Shown here in pieces: positions 12,500 through 24,171 of a stretch of 64,000 nucleotides of DNA (positions are counted from its first letter, which is position 1; each line of letters starts with the position of its first letter). Source of the stretch: Octopus sinensis (taxonomy: Eukaryota); contig NC_043009.1 of assembly GCF_006345805.1 (NCBI RefSeq), positions 56,048,001 through 56,112,000 on the forward strand, written 5' to 3'. Below the pieces are notes generated by a model. It worked only from the letters and a program-made list of their open reading frames with translations, did no database searches and was not told the DNA's origin. The position numbers were made by a program, and so were the translations under genes.

Positions 12500-13760
12500 T
12501 GATAAGACAGAAATCAAAGAGGGTCTGCTAAGCATCTTTATTATCCTGTTTGATGAGTTCACAGGTTTATCATATGACGCCCAGCTGCTTGTATAGATAG
12601 ACAAGGTATGCAAAGAATTCGAATGTTAAAGAAGAATTCAGGGACAATGAAAAAGGGAAACTGTATATGGAATTGTATCTTGTTATCATCATCACCACCA
12701 TCCTCCTACTCTTCCTCCTCATCACCACCATCATCATCATGGCTACCACTACTATCATCATCATTATCCTCATCATCATCATCACCAACATCACCACCAC
12801 AGTCCTCCTCCTCCTCCTCCTCATCATCATCATCATCATCATCACCACCCTCACAATCACCAATTATTTGAGTTCTTGCAATGCTGGAGATCTAGTTTCA
12901 TAACAAGAGTGTTAAGTATCAAGCCTGACGTAAAGAACATGCATGTATATGATTCAGAATTATGCACTATATACGCAGATGCTTATTCAAGCTCTGGAAT
13001 CTGTCTCTGATAATCTATGCACTGTAAACATTGCCAAATCTAGTTCTCTGAGCTTAAGTAAATTGCGTTTGTATCAAGAATTAAATGCTGATAAAGACGC
13101 ACTTTTGTTTCACAGAGAAATAAACTGGCTTTCAAGAGTTACAGTGATGAAATGATATATTGAAAGATTTTTTTCAAGAACTATAAATTTTGCAGATAAA
13201 ATATATGGCATCAAATGGAAGGTAAATTTAGCCAATATGAACGATGTTCTTTTCTGATTCAAGAATTTTCAAGGTAATTTAGCTAATGTTATAGACTTCG
13301 TTGATTTAAATCATTCCGAAGAAAATCTTAGTCGTAGAATGAAAACATGAAGGTGAATCGCTACTGGGTTTTCTTTTTTTTTTTTTTTTTTAAGACTATG
13401 GGAGAAAGTAGTACATTGCTGGAAGTAGAGAACATCAATGAAGCCACTGCAATAGTCCAGAAGCATGTTGTTTCGCTACATAAGGAATTATATTCTTTTT
13501 TTTATTTTTTATTCTAGATGTTAGTGAACTGGATTATCAACTATTACGAAATCATTTTAGTATCAATTCCAGATCAATTCTGGCAATTTGCTTCATTCAA
13601 AGACCCTTCAGAATTAATCCCATATCAGTTACTAACAATTTGCAAGATGAATTTGCGGAATTTACAAAAGCTCTTTCGGGAAAAGATCTTTTTGAAACGT
13701 CTTCTCCAACAAAATTCCGATGTTTCATTTTGTAATTGTAATCATTTGTATGTAAAATAG
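12500..13760 (+). mobile_element. Second, older hAT (Buster-type) transposase relic interrupted by a (CAT/CCT)n tract
   Basis: FDEFT...AQLLV (DESTD box), VKEEF, AMLG, LLFHREINWLS (HTEVRWLS box), LQDEFAEF; many stops. Confidence 0.7.
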
Positions 13761-13856
13761 ATATACAAAGTGCTTTACTGTCCTTATCCACTCACATACA
13801 TACATACATACATGCATACATACATACATACATACATACATACATACATACATACA

Positions 13857-13892
<36 letters not shown>

Positions 13893-13984
13893 TGGTTCAA
13901 ATGTACAGAAAACAAAAGACAGAGACCAGGCAAGAGAACAACAATCATGTGTATTAGTTTGACACTCGGGAAAATAAGAAATGT

Positions 13985-14020
13985 CTTTGACGTTTCAAAC
14001 CTGCGCTCTTCGACAGAAAG
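13985..14020 (-). ncRNA. Minimal type-I hammerhead-like motif (PLE terminal-repeat type), A6U variant
   Basis: CTTT-CTGTCGA-A-GAGC gcag GTTT-GAAAC-GTC-AAAG; palindromic helix III ACGT. Confidence 0.6.
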
Positions 14021-14349
14021 GGATGACAGGAAAAAAAATGGAGAGAGAAAAATGTGTCGGGATTAATGGTTTCACATATTGAAATAGTGTGTATATATGT
14101 GTGTGCCTGTATATGGTGTGTGTGTATGCTTGACGACCGATGTTGGTTTATTTACATTCCAGTAACTAGTGGTTCGGCAGATGTCGATAAAATAAGTACC
14201 AGAATTAAAAATAAGTACTGGGGTTGATTTGCTGGATAAAACATTTCAAGGCGGAGCCCTATCCTAGCAGTAGGGCAATGGAGGAAATGAGTAAAAAACA
14301 AAAGAAATACACACACACACCCACGAAACTCCACTCACCCTTCTCTGCC

Positions 14350-14780
14350 TTTTCTCTCTCTCTCTCACTCACACACACACACACCAAACACACATACATA
14401 CATACATACATACATACACACACACATACATACATACATACACACATACATACATACACACATACATACGTACATACATACATACACACGTACATACATG
14501 CATACATACACACATACATACATACATACACATACATACATACATACACACTTACATACATACACACATACATACATAAATACATACATACATACACACA
14601 CACATACATACATACACACACATACACACATACATACATACATACATACATACATACATACATACATACATACATACACACATACATACATACACACACA
14701 TACACACACACATACATACATACATACATACATACATACATACATACATACATACATACATACATACATACACGCATACA
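14350..14780. repeat. (TACA)n/(CA)n compound microsatellite
   Basis: direct reading. Confidence 0.95.
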
Positions 14781-14990
14781 CGATTCTTCCGCTGTTTATA
14801 TATCAAATTTTTTTATAAGGGTAAAAGAACTAACACTGCTTTCTATACACGCACGTATCAACAAAATATACACACATATTCCTTGATGTATATAAACATG
14901 TTAAATTCCAGAGACAGGAAACGAAGGGAAAAAAATTACTAAGGATGTATACACACATACACACTCACACACACACACAGATATACATAC

Positions 14991-15081
<91 letters not shown>

Positions 15082-15487
15082 ATATATGATACAGTTGTAA
15101 AATTAAACTTGACTTCAAGACTTGCATGGTTTCTAATAAGTTGGGAGCAGGCGATCTAAGGTTTCTAAACCTGACCTCTAAAAGAGGGCATTAGCAACAT
15201 GGTATAGGATGCAATGCGCGCGTGAGTGTACCACACCCAGTATCGAGAACTTGGCCTATTAAATTCTACAGATGGTATTGAAAGCTCACAAAAGATTTCA
15301 AGTGGTTGGTTCACCGTCCAATTAACATTGTAATTTTATATGTTAATCAGGAGGCATGTCTCTATCTCAACACACTCCCTTCCCCCCTCTCTCTTTACCA
15401 CTGTCTCTCTCTTTCTTTCTCTCAATCCCCCCCTCTCTGCCTATCTATCTATCAATCTATCTATCTATCTATCTATCTATCCGTCTG

Positions 15488-15553
<66 letters not shown>

Positions 15554-15568
15554 GGTCTTTATCACTGC

Positions 15569-15918
15569 CTGTGAAGGCGCATGGCTCAGAAGTTAGAGCG
15601 TCGAGCTCGCAATCATGAGGTAGTGAGTTCGATTCCTGGACTGGGTTGTGTGTTGTGTTTTTGAGCAAGACACTTTATTTCACGTTGTTCCAGTTCATTC
15701 ACCCGTAGATAGGAGTTGCGACATCACTGGTGCCAAGCTGTATCGGCCTTTGCCTTTCCCTTGGATAACATCCGTGACATGGAGAGGGGAGGCTGGTATG
15801 CATGGATGACTGCTGGTCTTCCATAAACAACTTTACCCGGATTTGAGCCTCGGAGAGGAACTTTCTAGGTGCAATCCCATGATCATTCATGACCGAAGTG
15901 GGTCTTTACCCTTTACCC
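15569..15918 (+). mobile_element. SINE family D, full length, with 10-bp TSD
   Basis: tRNA-like head (TGGCTCAGAAGTTAG...GTTCGATTCC); TSD TTATCACTGC at 15559-15568 and 15919-15928; TTTACCC tail. Confidence 0.9.
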
Positions 15919-16074
15919 TTATCACTGCGTCTCTCTTTCTATTTATCTGTTTATAATTCTTGCTGCGTGTACCCCTCCTTGTCACTCCTAATGTTTTTGT
16001 CATTTTTTTCTGTTGGTTTTTATTTTTATTTTTATTTTAATTCATTATTATTTTGATATATTTTTTATTTATTT

Positions 16075-16400
16075 TATTCTTTTATTCTTTTACTTGTTTT
16101 GGTCATTCGATTGCGGCCATGCTGGAACACCGCCTTTAGTCGAATAAATCGACCCCATGACTTATTCTTTGTTAATCTGTGTGTTTTTACCGAACGGCTA
16201 GGTAACGGGGATATAAACACACCAACATCGGTTGTCAAGCGATGGTGGTGGTGGTGGTGGGGGGACAAAACAGACACAAATAACAAATGTTTACATACAT
16301 ATACGACGGGCTTCTTTCAGTTTCCGTCTACCAAATCCACTCAAAAATGCTTTGGTCAGCCCAGAGGCTATAGTAGAAGACACTTGCTCAAGTTGCTAAG
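16075..16400 (-). mobile_element. SINE family B, partial
   Basis: reverse-complement tail and body match. Confidence 0.8.
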
Positions 16401-16844
16401 CAGTTATATTTGTATTTATTGTCTTATTCTATTTATTTATTTATTATCAGGATCAAATAAATTCATGGCGCGAAACATATCCTAATCTTAAAACTAAATT
16501 ATTTCTACAGCCTTTATTTGGAAATCGAGATTGACTAGGTAACATGTACCAAGCTTTCGCTAAATATTTTAGGTACTTATGTAGCCGTGGTCAGACACAG
16601 ACGTGCAACACCTCGTGGATATGACTGCTGGAGGGTAAGAGAGAAGACTGCTGTACTAACACTTGGTTAGTATATATTTCTCCTCAGTAGACTGGAACAA
16701 AATAAAGTGATGTACGTAGTTCAGGTACAACACAATGTGCTGCCAGGTCCAGAAATCGAACCTACAAACTCGTTATAGTCAGTGCTACACCGTAAGCACT
16801 AGGCCATAGTGTCTGATAACTATAATTAATGGTCTCAATTATAA

Positions 16845-17050
16845 TTAATGGTTTCGAATGTTGGCATAGAACCAACAGTTTCTAGAGGCAAGAGTTACAT
16901 TGATCCCCGGTCCTGGACAGGTATCTATTTTATCGACCTCGAAAAGATGCAAAGCAAGTCAACCTTGGCAGAATTTGAACGCAAAGTCACAAGAAAAAAT
17001 GCCGAAAAGCATTTCGTCCGGGCGTGCTAACGATTCTGCCAGCACGCGGG
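16845..17050 (-). mobile_element. SINE family A, diverged
   Basis: reverse-complement core and head match. Confidence 0.75.
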
Positions 17051-17439
17051 CTTGTCATACATCTCAAATTAATAATAATCGATGTAGCTTACATAAATTC
17101 GAATGAATTTCTCTTTTTATTAGATTTTATACTTAATTCTTTCTTGAAACAGTGAAAATCGAAGCAGATAAAGCTATAAATAATAGTGTTAAATATTGGG
17201 TTAAAAATCCTTTCGATGGAAAAAGTCAATGGCTGCCCGTGGGACACGAAGCCATGTTTCTGTAAACATTATGTCAATAACCTACAATTTTCGCTGACAA
17301 AAATAAAGTTTCTAAAATGATTAGAGAAATTCGAATGATTGCTTCCTCCGGTGGTTGTACATTTGTCACCTTTACAAAAAGAGTAGGTTCGTGTCCCATG
17401 GACCGCCTTCACTTTTTGGAGACAAACACATATACAAAG

Positions 17440-17645
17440 ATACACACACATAGATATAGACATACATGCACACATATATATACGACGGGCTTCTTTCAGT
17501 TTCCGTCTACCAAATCCACTCACAAGGCATTGGTCGGCCCGAGGCTATAGTAAAAGACGCTTGCCCAAGGTGCTACCTAATGGGACCGAACCCGGAACCA
17601 TGTGGTTGGGAAGCAGGCTTCTTACCACACAGTCACGCCTGCGCT
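17440..17645 (-). mobile_element. SINE family B, 5' half
   Basis: reverse-complement head and body match. Confidence 0.8.
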
Positions 17646-18021
17646 TACAGGTATTTTATTCATACATACATACATACATCTATACCTCTAAACACCCAGA
17701 CGCATTTATAACACACCATAGCACTTTTGCAGCATCTTAAAAATAATGTCTCTACTACTCAGTCCAGGAAAAACATTAAAAAAATGAATACACATATTTA
17801 GAAATAGCGAAGAATCACTGGCCTCATTAGCTCCAACGACCAGGATGGTGTGCACATGAACGATAAACTCAGAGAAATAGCAATCGCCCACTTCTTCTGT
17901 GGCCCCACTACTCTTAGAATCTACAAGCGTACAGATATAAACTGAAGAGTAGAGAGAGCGCAATATTCCAAAACAGTCGGAGCGTGCAGTTACGCCTTGA
18001 GTTAAGCAAAGAAATAGTATA

Positions 18022-18990
18022 AGGCGGCGAGCTGGCAGAATCGTTAGCACGCCGGGCGAAATGCTTAGCGGTATTTCGTCTGCCGATACGTTCTGAGTTC
18101 AAATTCCGCCGAGGTCAACTTTGCTTTTCACCTTTCCGGGGTCGATTAAATAAGTACCAGTTACGCACTGGGGTCGATATAATCGACTTAATCCGTTTGT
18201 CTATCGTTGTTTGTCCTCTCTGTGTTTAGCCCCTTGTGGGTAGTCAAGAAATAGGTATTTCGTCTGCCGCTATGTTCTGAGTTCAAATTCCGCCAAGTTC
18301 GGCTTTACCTTTCATCCTTTCGGTGTCGATAAATTAAGTACCAGTTACGAAATGGGGTCGATATAATTGACTTAATCCGTTTGTCTGTCCTTGTTTGCCC
18401 TCTCTGTGTTTAGCCCCGTGAGTAGTAAAGAAATAGACATTTCGTCTGCCGCTACGTTCTGAGTTCAAATTCCGCCGAGGTCGACTTTGCCTTTCATCCT
18501 TTCAGGGTCGATAAATTAAGTAGCAGTTACGCACTGGGGTCGATGTAATCGACTTAATCCGTTTGTCTCTCCTTGTTTGTCCCCTCTGTGTTTAGCCCCT
18601 TGTGGGTAGTAAAGAAATAGGCATTTTGTCTACCGCTACGTTCTCAGTTCAAATTCCGCCGAGGTCGACTTTGCCTTTCATATTTTCGGGGTCGATAAAT
18701 TAAGTACCAGTTACGCACTGGGGGCCGATGTAATCGACTTAATCCGTTTATCTGTCCTTGTTTGTCCTCTCTGTGTTTAGCCCCTTGTCGGTAGTAAAGA
18801 AATAGGTATTTCGTCTGCCGCTATGTTCTGAGTTCAAATTCCGCCGAGGTCGACTTTGCCTTTAATCCTTTCGGGGTCGATAAATTGAGTACCAATTATG
18901 CACTGGGGTCGATGTAATCGACTTAATCCGTTTGTTTGTCCTTGTTTGTCCTCTCTGTGTTTAGCCCCTTGTGGGTAGTAAAAAAATAAG
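18022..18990 (+). mobile_element. SINE A pentamer (one head plus five ~184-bp body units) with 12-bp TSD
   Basis: units start at 18070, 18254, 18436, 18620, 18805; TSD AGAAATAGTATA at 18010-18021 and 18991-19002. Confidence 0.92.
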
Positions 18991-19359
18991 AGAAATAGTA
19001 TACGGAGGCTGATGGATCTGTGTCTCGGGCACGTTATTCGACCAACTACCAAATTGCCGCGGTACTGTTCGATCAAAGCTGAGCCAGGGATACACAACAA
19101 CAGCAATAACAACAACAATAACAACAACAACGACCAAAATTTGATTATAAGGCAAAAAAAAAATGGTTAGTTTCAGTTTCATGACCTTAAGCGAATGAAT
19201 GCTAGCTCTCCTCTTGGACAGAACACCAATTCCCGTACAAGGCATTCTCAGAATATCTAATACCCATTCCAGGCAAATGGGTAAAGTTATGTAATGAAAA
19301 CTAAAACAGCGAAACGCCGGCAGCGGATTTGAATAAACCACGTATGAGCAGATAGTCCA

Positions 19360-19858
19360 GCTTTATATGGTTGTGTATGTGTGTCTGTGGGTGTGTCTCT
19401 CTTCGCTGTATGTATGTGTGTGGTCGATATGCATATATGTGTATGTGTAAATATTTATATGTGTGTATGTATGTATGTATGTATGTATGTATGTATGTAT
19501 GTATGTATGTATGTATGTATGTATGTATGTATGTATGTATGTATGTATGTATGTATGTATGTATGTATGTATATCTATACATATATCTACAAACACACAC
19601 ACGCACACATATTAAACACATACATGCATACCTATGTACACTGACACGTATGGATGCATGCACATATGTGTGAATGTCTATGTGTATGCATGCATATATG
19701 TATGCATGCATGTATGTATGTATGAATGTATGTATGTATGTATGTATGTGTATGTATGTATGTATGTATTCATGTATGTATGTATGTATGTATGTATGCA
19801 TACATGAATGTATGTATTCATGTATGTATGTATGTATGTATGTATGCATGCATGCATG

Positions 19859-19889
<31 letters not shown>

Positions 19890-20310
19890 GCATGTATGTA
19901 TGTATGTATACATGTATGTATGTATGTATGTATGTATGCATGCATGCATGTATGTATGTATGTATTCATGTATGTATGTATGTAAGTATGTATGTATGTA
20001 TGCATGCATGTATGTATGTATGTATGTATGTATGTATGTATGTATGTATGTATGGATGTATGTATGTATACATGTATGTATACATGTATGTATGTATGTG
20101 TGTATGTATGCATGCATGTATGTATTTATGTATTCATGTATGTATGTATGATTGTATGTATGTATGTATGTATGTATGTATGTATGCATGCATGTATGTA
20201 TGTATGTATGTATGTACGTACGTACGTACATACGTACGTACGTACATACGTACGTACTAATGTATGTATGTATGTATGTATGTATGTATGTATGTATGTA
20301 TGTACGTGTG
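19360..20310. repeat. Long (TATG)n microsatellite, about 950 bp with variant units
   Basis: direct reading. Confidence 0.97.
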
Positions 20311-20318
20311 TGCTTTTA

Positions 20319-20536
20319 CGAGAGGATGCTGAAAAGTTCCTGATATGGGGTAAAAGAAAATTCAGGAGGATCAATCAATTATGATCTTATTCAACATATT
20401 CCCCTTTCAGATTCACACTCTTATTGCAGCGTTGCCTCAATTTTCCTAAACCCTGTAAAAGAACTCGAAAAATTGGGCCTACAGCCAAGCCTTTCGCGAC
20501 ACCCTTAAAGCCAAGAACTTTTCCAGAACCACCTCG
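20319..20536. mobile_element. Mariner-type MITE
   Basis: imperfect TIRs CGAGAGGATGCTGAAAAGTTCC / GAACTTTTCCAGAACCACCTCG, TA flanks; second copy at 55192-55412. Confidence 0.75.
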
Positions 20537-20644
20537 TATATGCTTTAATACTCCTCACATAAATTATGCCAAACATAATTCACTGTTCTCATGCACATGG
20601 TGTTTCGAGCTTATGCATTTTTCTAAACAATTTTACTTTTCAAG

Positions 20645-20934
20645 CCAATTCTGTTGTGTCTGGGGAGAGTCGTTTTCTTTTTGTGCCTTATAATTTAACA
20701 CACAAATTTCCACTTATTGCTTATTTTTATTTTCCTAAGATTTTCGTTGCGTCTTGTAACCTTTTCAATAGTCTTGACTCCTGAGTCTGTAGTCAAGACT
20801 ACTGAAAAGGTTGCAAGACGCAACGAAAATTTTAGGAAAATAAAAATAAGAAATAAGTGGAAATTTTACCGGTGAGTGTGTTAAATTATAAGGCACAAAA
20901 AGAAAATGACTCTCACCAGACACAACAGAATTGG
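20645..20934. mobile_element. Palindromic PLE-like terminal repeat (arms about 135-144 bp) with hammerhead-like fold near the axis
   Basis: arms 20645-20779 and 20791-20934; fold at 20799-20835 on + and its mirror on -. Confidence 0.7.
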
Positions 20935-21129
20935 TTTCAATACATGAACTCATATAAAGAATCTTGCAAACCAAATCCAAAACTGAAATATTTTCAAGCC
21001 AACTTTTATACGATATTGTACATTAATACAAAAATTCCTTCAACATTACCTCAGCAAATGCATTGAAGTCTATGTTACGCTGAAGTTATAAAAATGCTGA
21101 AACAAGCATTTATTCTCGTAATTTTTTAT

Positions 21130-21403
21130 CTTTTGCCAATTCTTTCAGTCACTGGACTGCGGTCATGCTGGGGCGTCACTTTAAAGAGTCTTGTCAAATA
21201 AATTATGTTTCTAGTTAAATCTGTCACTTATTCTTACAGTCTGTTTTGCCGAACCGCTAAGTTTCGGGGACGTAATCAAAGCAACAACTGTTTTCAAGCA
21301 GTGGGAGGTGATAAACAGAAAGACACACATATAGATACATTTCTGATTTGTGTGTGTGTGTGTAGACAGACAGACAGACAGACAGACATACAGATAAACA
21401 GAC

Positions 21404-21450
<47 letters not shown>

Positions 21451-21625
21451 CACACACGACGGGCCTCCGCATAGTTTCCGCCTAACAATTTCACTCACAA
21501 GGCATTGGTCGATTCTGAATCATAGTAGATGACACTTGTCTAAGGTATTGTACAATAGGACTGAACCCAAAACCACGTGGGTGGAAAACGAGCTTATTAA
21601 CCACACAGCTATGCCTGCGCCTATA
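21130..21625 (-). mobile_element. SINE family B with expanded (GATA/GACA)n interior
   Basis: reverse-complement head and tail match. Confidence 0.8.
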
Positions 21626-21860
21626 TTTGCTGAAACAATTAAAATAATGTTAACATTAATTAATATTGTTTATTTTTCCTTTGTCGCATAATTATTTATA
21701 GTGAACTTTTTACGCTCCTTGTGTTATTAACAAATATGTTAACGCTAACCTTATTATTGGTTTTCGTGTAGAAGGCGACCCTGAGTTTCATAAGTTATAT
21801 GCCCTGTCATTAATGGTTTAGTCCCACTTCTCACTCTCTTTCTCTTTCTCTCTTTCTCTC

Positions 21861-21901
<41 letters not shown>

Positions 21902-21904
21902 ATA

Positions 21905-22300
21905 TCTATTCTACGGCACTCCGTCGGTTACAACGACGAAGGTTCCAGTTGATCTAATCAACGGAACAGCCTGCTCGTGAAATTAATGTGCAAGTCGCTG
22001 AGCACTCCACAGAAAAGTGTACCCTTAACCTAGTTCTCGAGGAGACTCAGCGTGACACAGAGTGTGACTAGGCTGGCCCTTTGAAATACAGGTACAACAG
22101 AAACAGGAAGAAAGAATAAGAGAAAGCTGTGGTGGAAGAGTACAGCAGGTTTCGCCACCCACCCCACTGCCGGAGCCTCGTGGAACTTTAGGTGTTTTCG
22201 CTCAATAAACACTCACAACGCCCGGTCTGGGAATCGAAACCGCGATCCTACGACTGCGAGTCCGCTGCCCTAACCACTGCCCTAAGCATTGCGCCTCCAC
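21905..22300 (-). mobile_element. SINE C-variant (family C head, different 3' body)
   Basis: head matches 35355 copy up to ...TTCTTCCTGTTTCT, then unrelated. Confidence 0.8.
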
Positions 22301-22571
22301 ACACACACACACACACATACACACACACACATATATACATACATACATATACACTATGAGGGTACTTAAACCTCTTAGAGGGATAGTTTTATTCAAGATA
22401 CCCTGATTTAATATACATTTTGAAGAGATATTTCTTCAATAAATATATTATAAAACATTAAATATTGTTAATAAGTTTGAAAACGGAGAGATTCAATGGA
22501 TATAAATTAATTCATTAATTATTTAAAATTGTTTACAATTGTTTCCCTTTGCATCCAGTTTAAATTACAAA

Positions 22572-22693
22572 ACATATATAATAATATAAGTTTGCATTTT
22601 GAGCTAATCTGGGTGTAAGATCTTCAGGGCAAAATGGACATCTGAAGATCTTACACCAAGACTACTCAAAATGCAAACATATATTATATATGT
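22572..22693. repeat. Short foldback (arms about 52-56 bp)
   Basis: 22572-22627 vs 22642-22693 inverted. Confidence 0.8.
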
Positions 22694-22898
22694 CTCGTAA
22701 TTCAAACTGGGTGCGAAGTGAAAAAAAAATAGCTCTTTTGCTTTAGATATGAACTTTTTAATATAGGCACACAGCCTAGGCAATGTTAAATAATTAATAC
22801 ATTAATTTATATCCATTGAACCTCTCCATTTTCAAACTTATTAATATATATATATATTTGTTTTGCAAGATTTATTGGCAAAATGACCATTCCTAAAT

Positions 22899-22970
<72 letters not shown>

Positions 22971-22982
22971 ATATTTATATAT

Positions 22983-23328
22983 AGGAGATGTACTCGCATA
23001 GCAAGTGATTTGATCTGAGATCGTGTGCTGGAACGAAAATAATTGCAGCGTGGAAGGTGCTTGTAAGCCATTTAAGAAACACACAAAAGCCGTTCGATTC
23101 ACTTCAACATTTAAGTTTTAATTTGTCAAAATATTTTCGTCGCTAAAATCCGCGACCTGTTCACTGACAAAAATCCGAGATGCAGCACGGATTTTTGTCA
23201 GTGAACAGGTCGCGGATTTTAGCGACGAAAATATTTTGACAAATTAAAACTTAAATGTTGAAGTGAATCGAACGGCTTTTGTGTGTTTCTTAAATGGCTT
23301 ACAAGCACCTTCCACGCTGCAATTATTT
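22983..23328. mobile_element. Young PLE-like element with a perfect 141-bp inverted repeat, inserted in (TA)n
   Basis: 23037-23177 is the exact reverse complement of 23188-23328; 10-nt spacer; left arm extends about 54 bp further. Confidence 0.8.
23194..23243 (+). ncRNA. Type-I hammerhead-like ribozyme, G3-C8 core variant (mirror copy on - at 23122-23171)
   Basis: helix I TTTGTCA/TGACAAA, core GTGAACA plus G, helix II GTCGC/GCGAC, GAAA, palindromic helix III AATATT, triplet UUU. Confidence 0.7.
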
Positions 23329-23357
23329 ATATATATTTATATATATATTTATATATA

Positions 23358-23419
<62 letters not shown>

Positions 23420-24066
23420 CATATACACACACACATATATTGCTCTTTCTCTCTGAATGCCTACTCGTGCAGTTCATCGTGTTACAAATATGCATCAAAA
23501 CTGTTTCTATAAGCTGTTCCCGGTTCAAATAACCATCCTATGCGACCGACTATCGTTCTATCCCAGGGGAAAAATTAAATCTAAACTGTTTCACTAACAC
23601 ACCTTTGAAAAACGGGTTTAATTCGATTGCAGTTTCAACTGATGGTTATAAGTTGGATGAAAATATGAATAAAACAGACGGGTAGGTGTTTATAGGAGTG
23701 GACTGAATTCAGTTGCAGTATGTTTTCTAAATCCAAATATTTGGGAGGAAATCTAATATACTAAGCATTAGAACCCACACATTGAGGGCTTTTATTATAT
23801 TCTTTATTCTTTATTTTTTATTTTATCTTATTTATTTATGTATTCTGTATATTTCTTTTCTCATTAGATTCATTTCATGTACCAAATACAGGGGTCGCCA
23901 AGAGAAATGCTGCAAGGTGGAGCACGACTGTTTCCTAGTCCCGTGGGCTTTCAAAATTCGAGTAAGCTGTGACTTTTTCTTTTTCTTTCTTTAGGGAGTG
24001 GTGGTCCCGTTAGATATTCATAGGCCCTTTCGTGGCTCTCCAGCACCCAGATGTACAGACTGAACA

Positions 24067-24171
24067 TTTTAAAATTTCAACTAGATGGATGATCTTTAAA
24101 ATACTTTCACATACTGGGCGAGTGGGTGTGAAAGTATTTTAAAGCTCATCCGTCAAGTCGAAATTTTAAAA
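24067..24171. repeat. Short foldback (arms about 45 bp), probable MITE
   Basis: 24067-24111 vs 24127-24171 inverted. Confidence 0.7.

Noticed and set aside
17706-18050. 114-aa minus-strand ORF
   Set aside because: It starts inside a SINE head, has no recognisable motif and no splice support.
18022-18990. CRISPR-like or retrozyme array
   Set aside because: Units are near-identical 184-bp SINE bodies with no unique spacers, and I found no hammerhead core on either strand.
21996-22073. HDV-like ribozyme in the SINE C-variant (- strand)
   Set aside because: P1 GCCTAGT/ACTAGGT and P2 CGCTGAG/CTCAGCG pair, but P3/L3 is 2 nt short, no GG follows P1 for P1.1, and there is no catalytic C before P2'.
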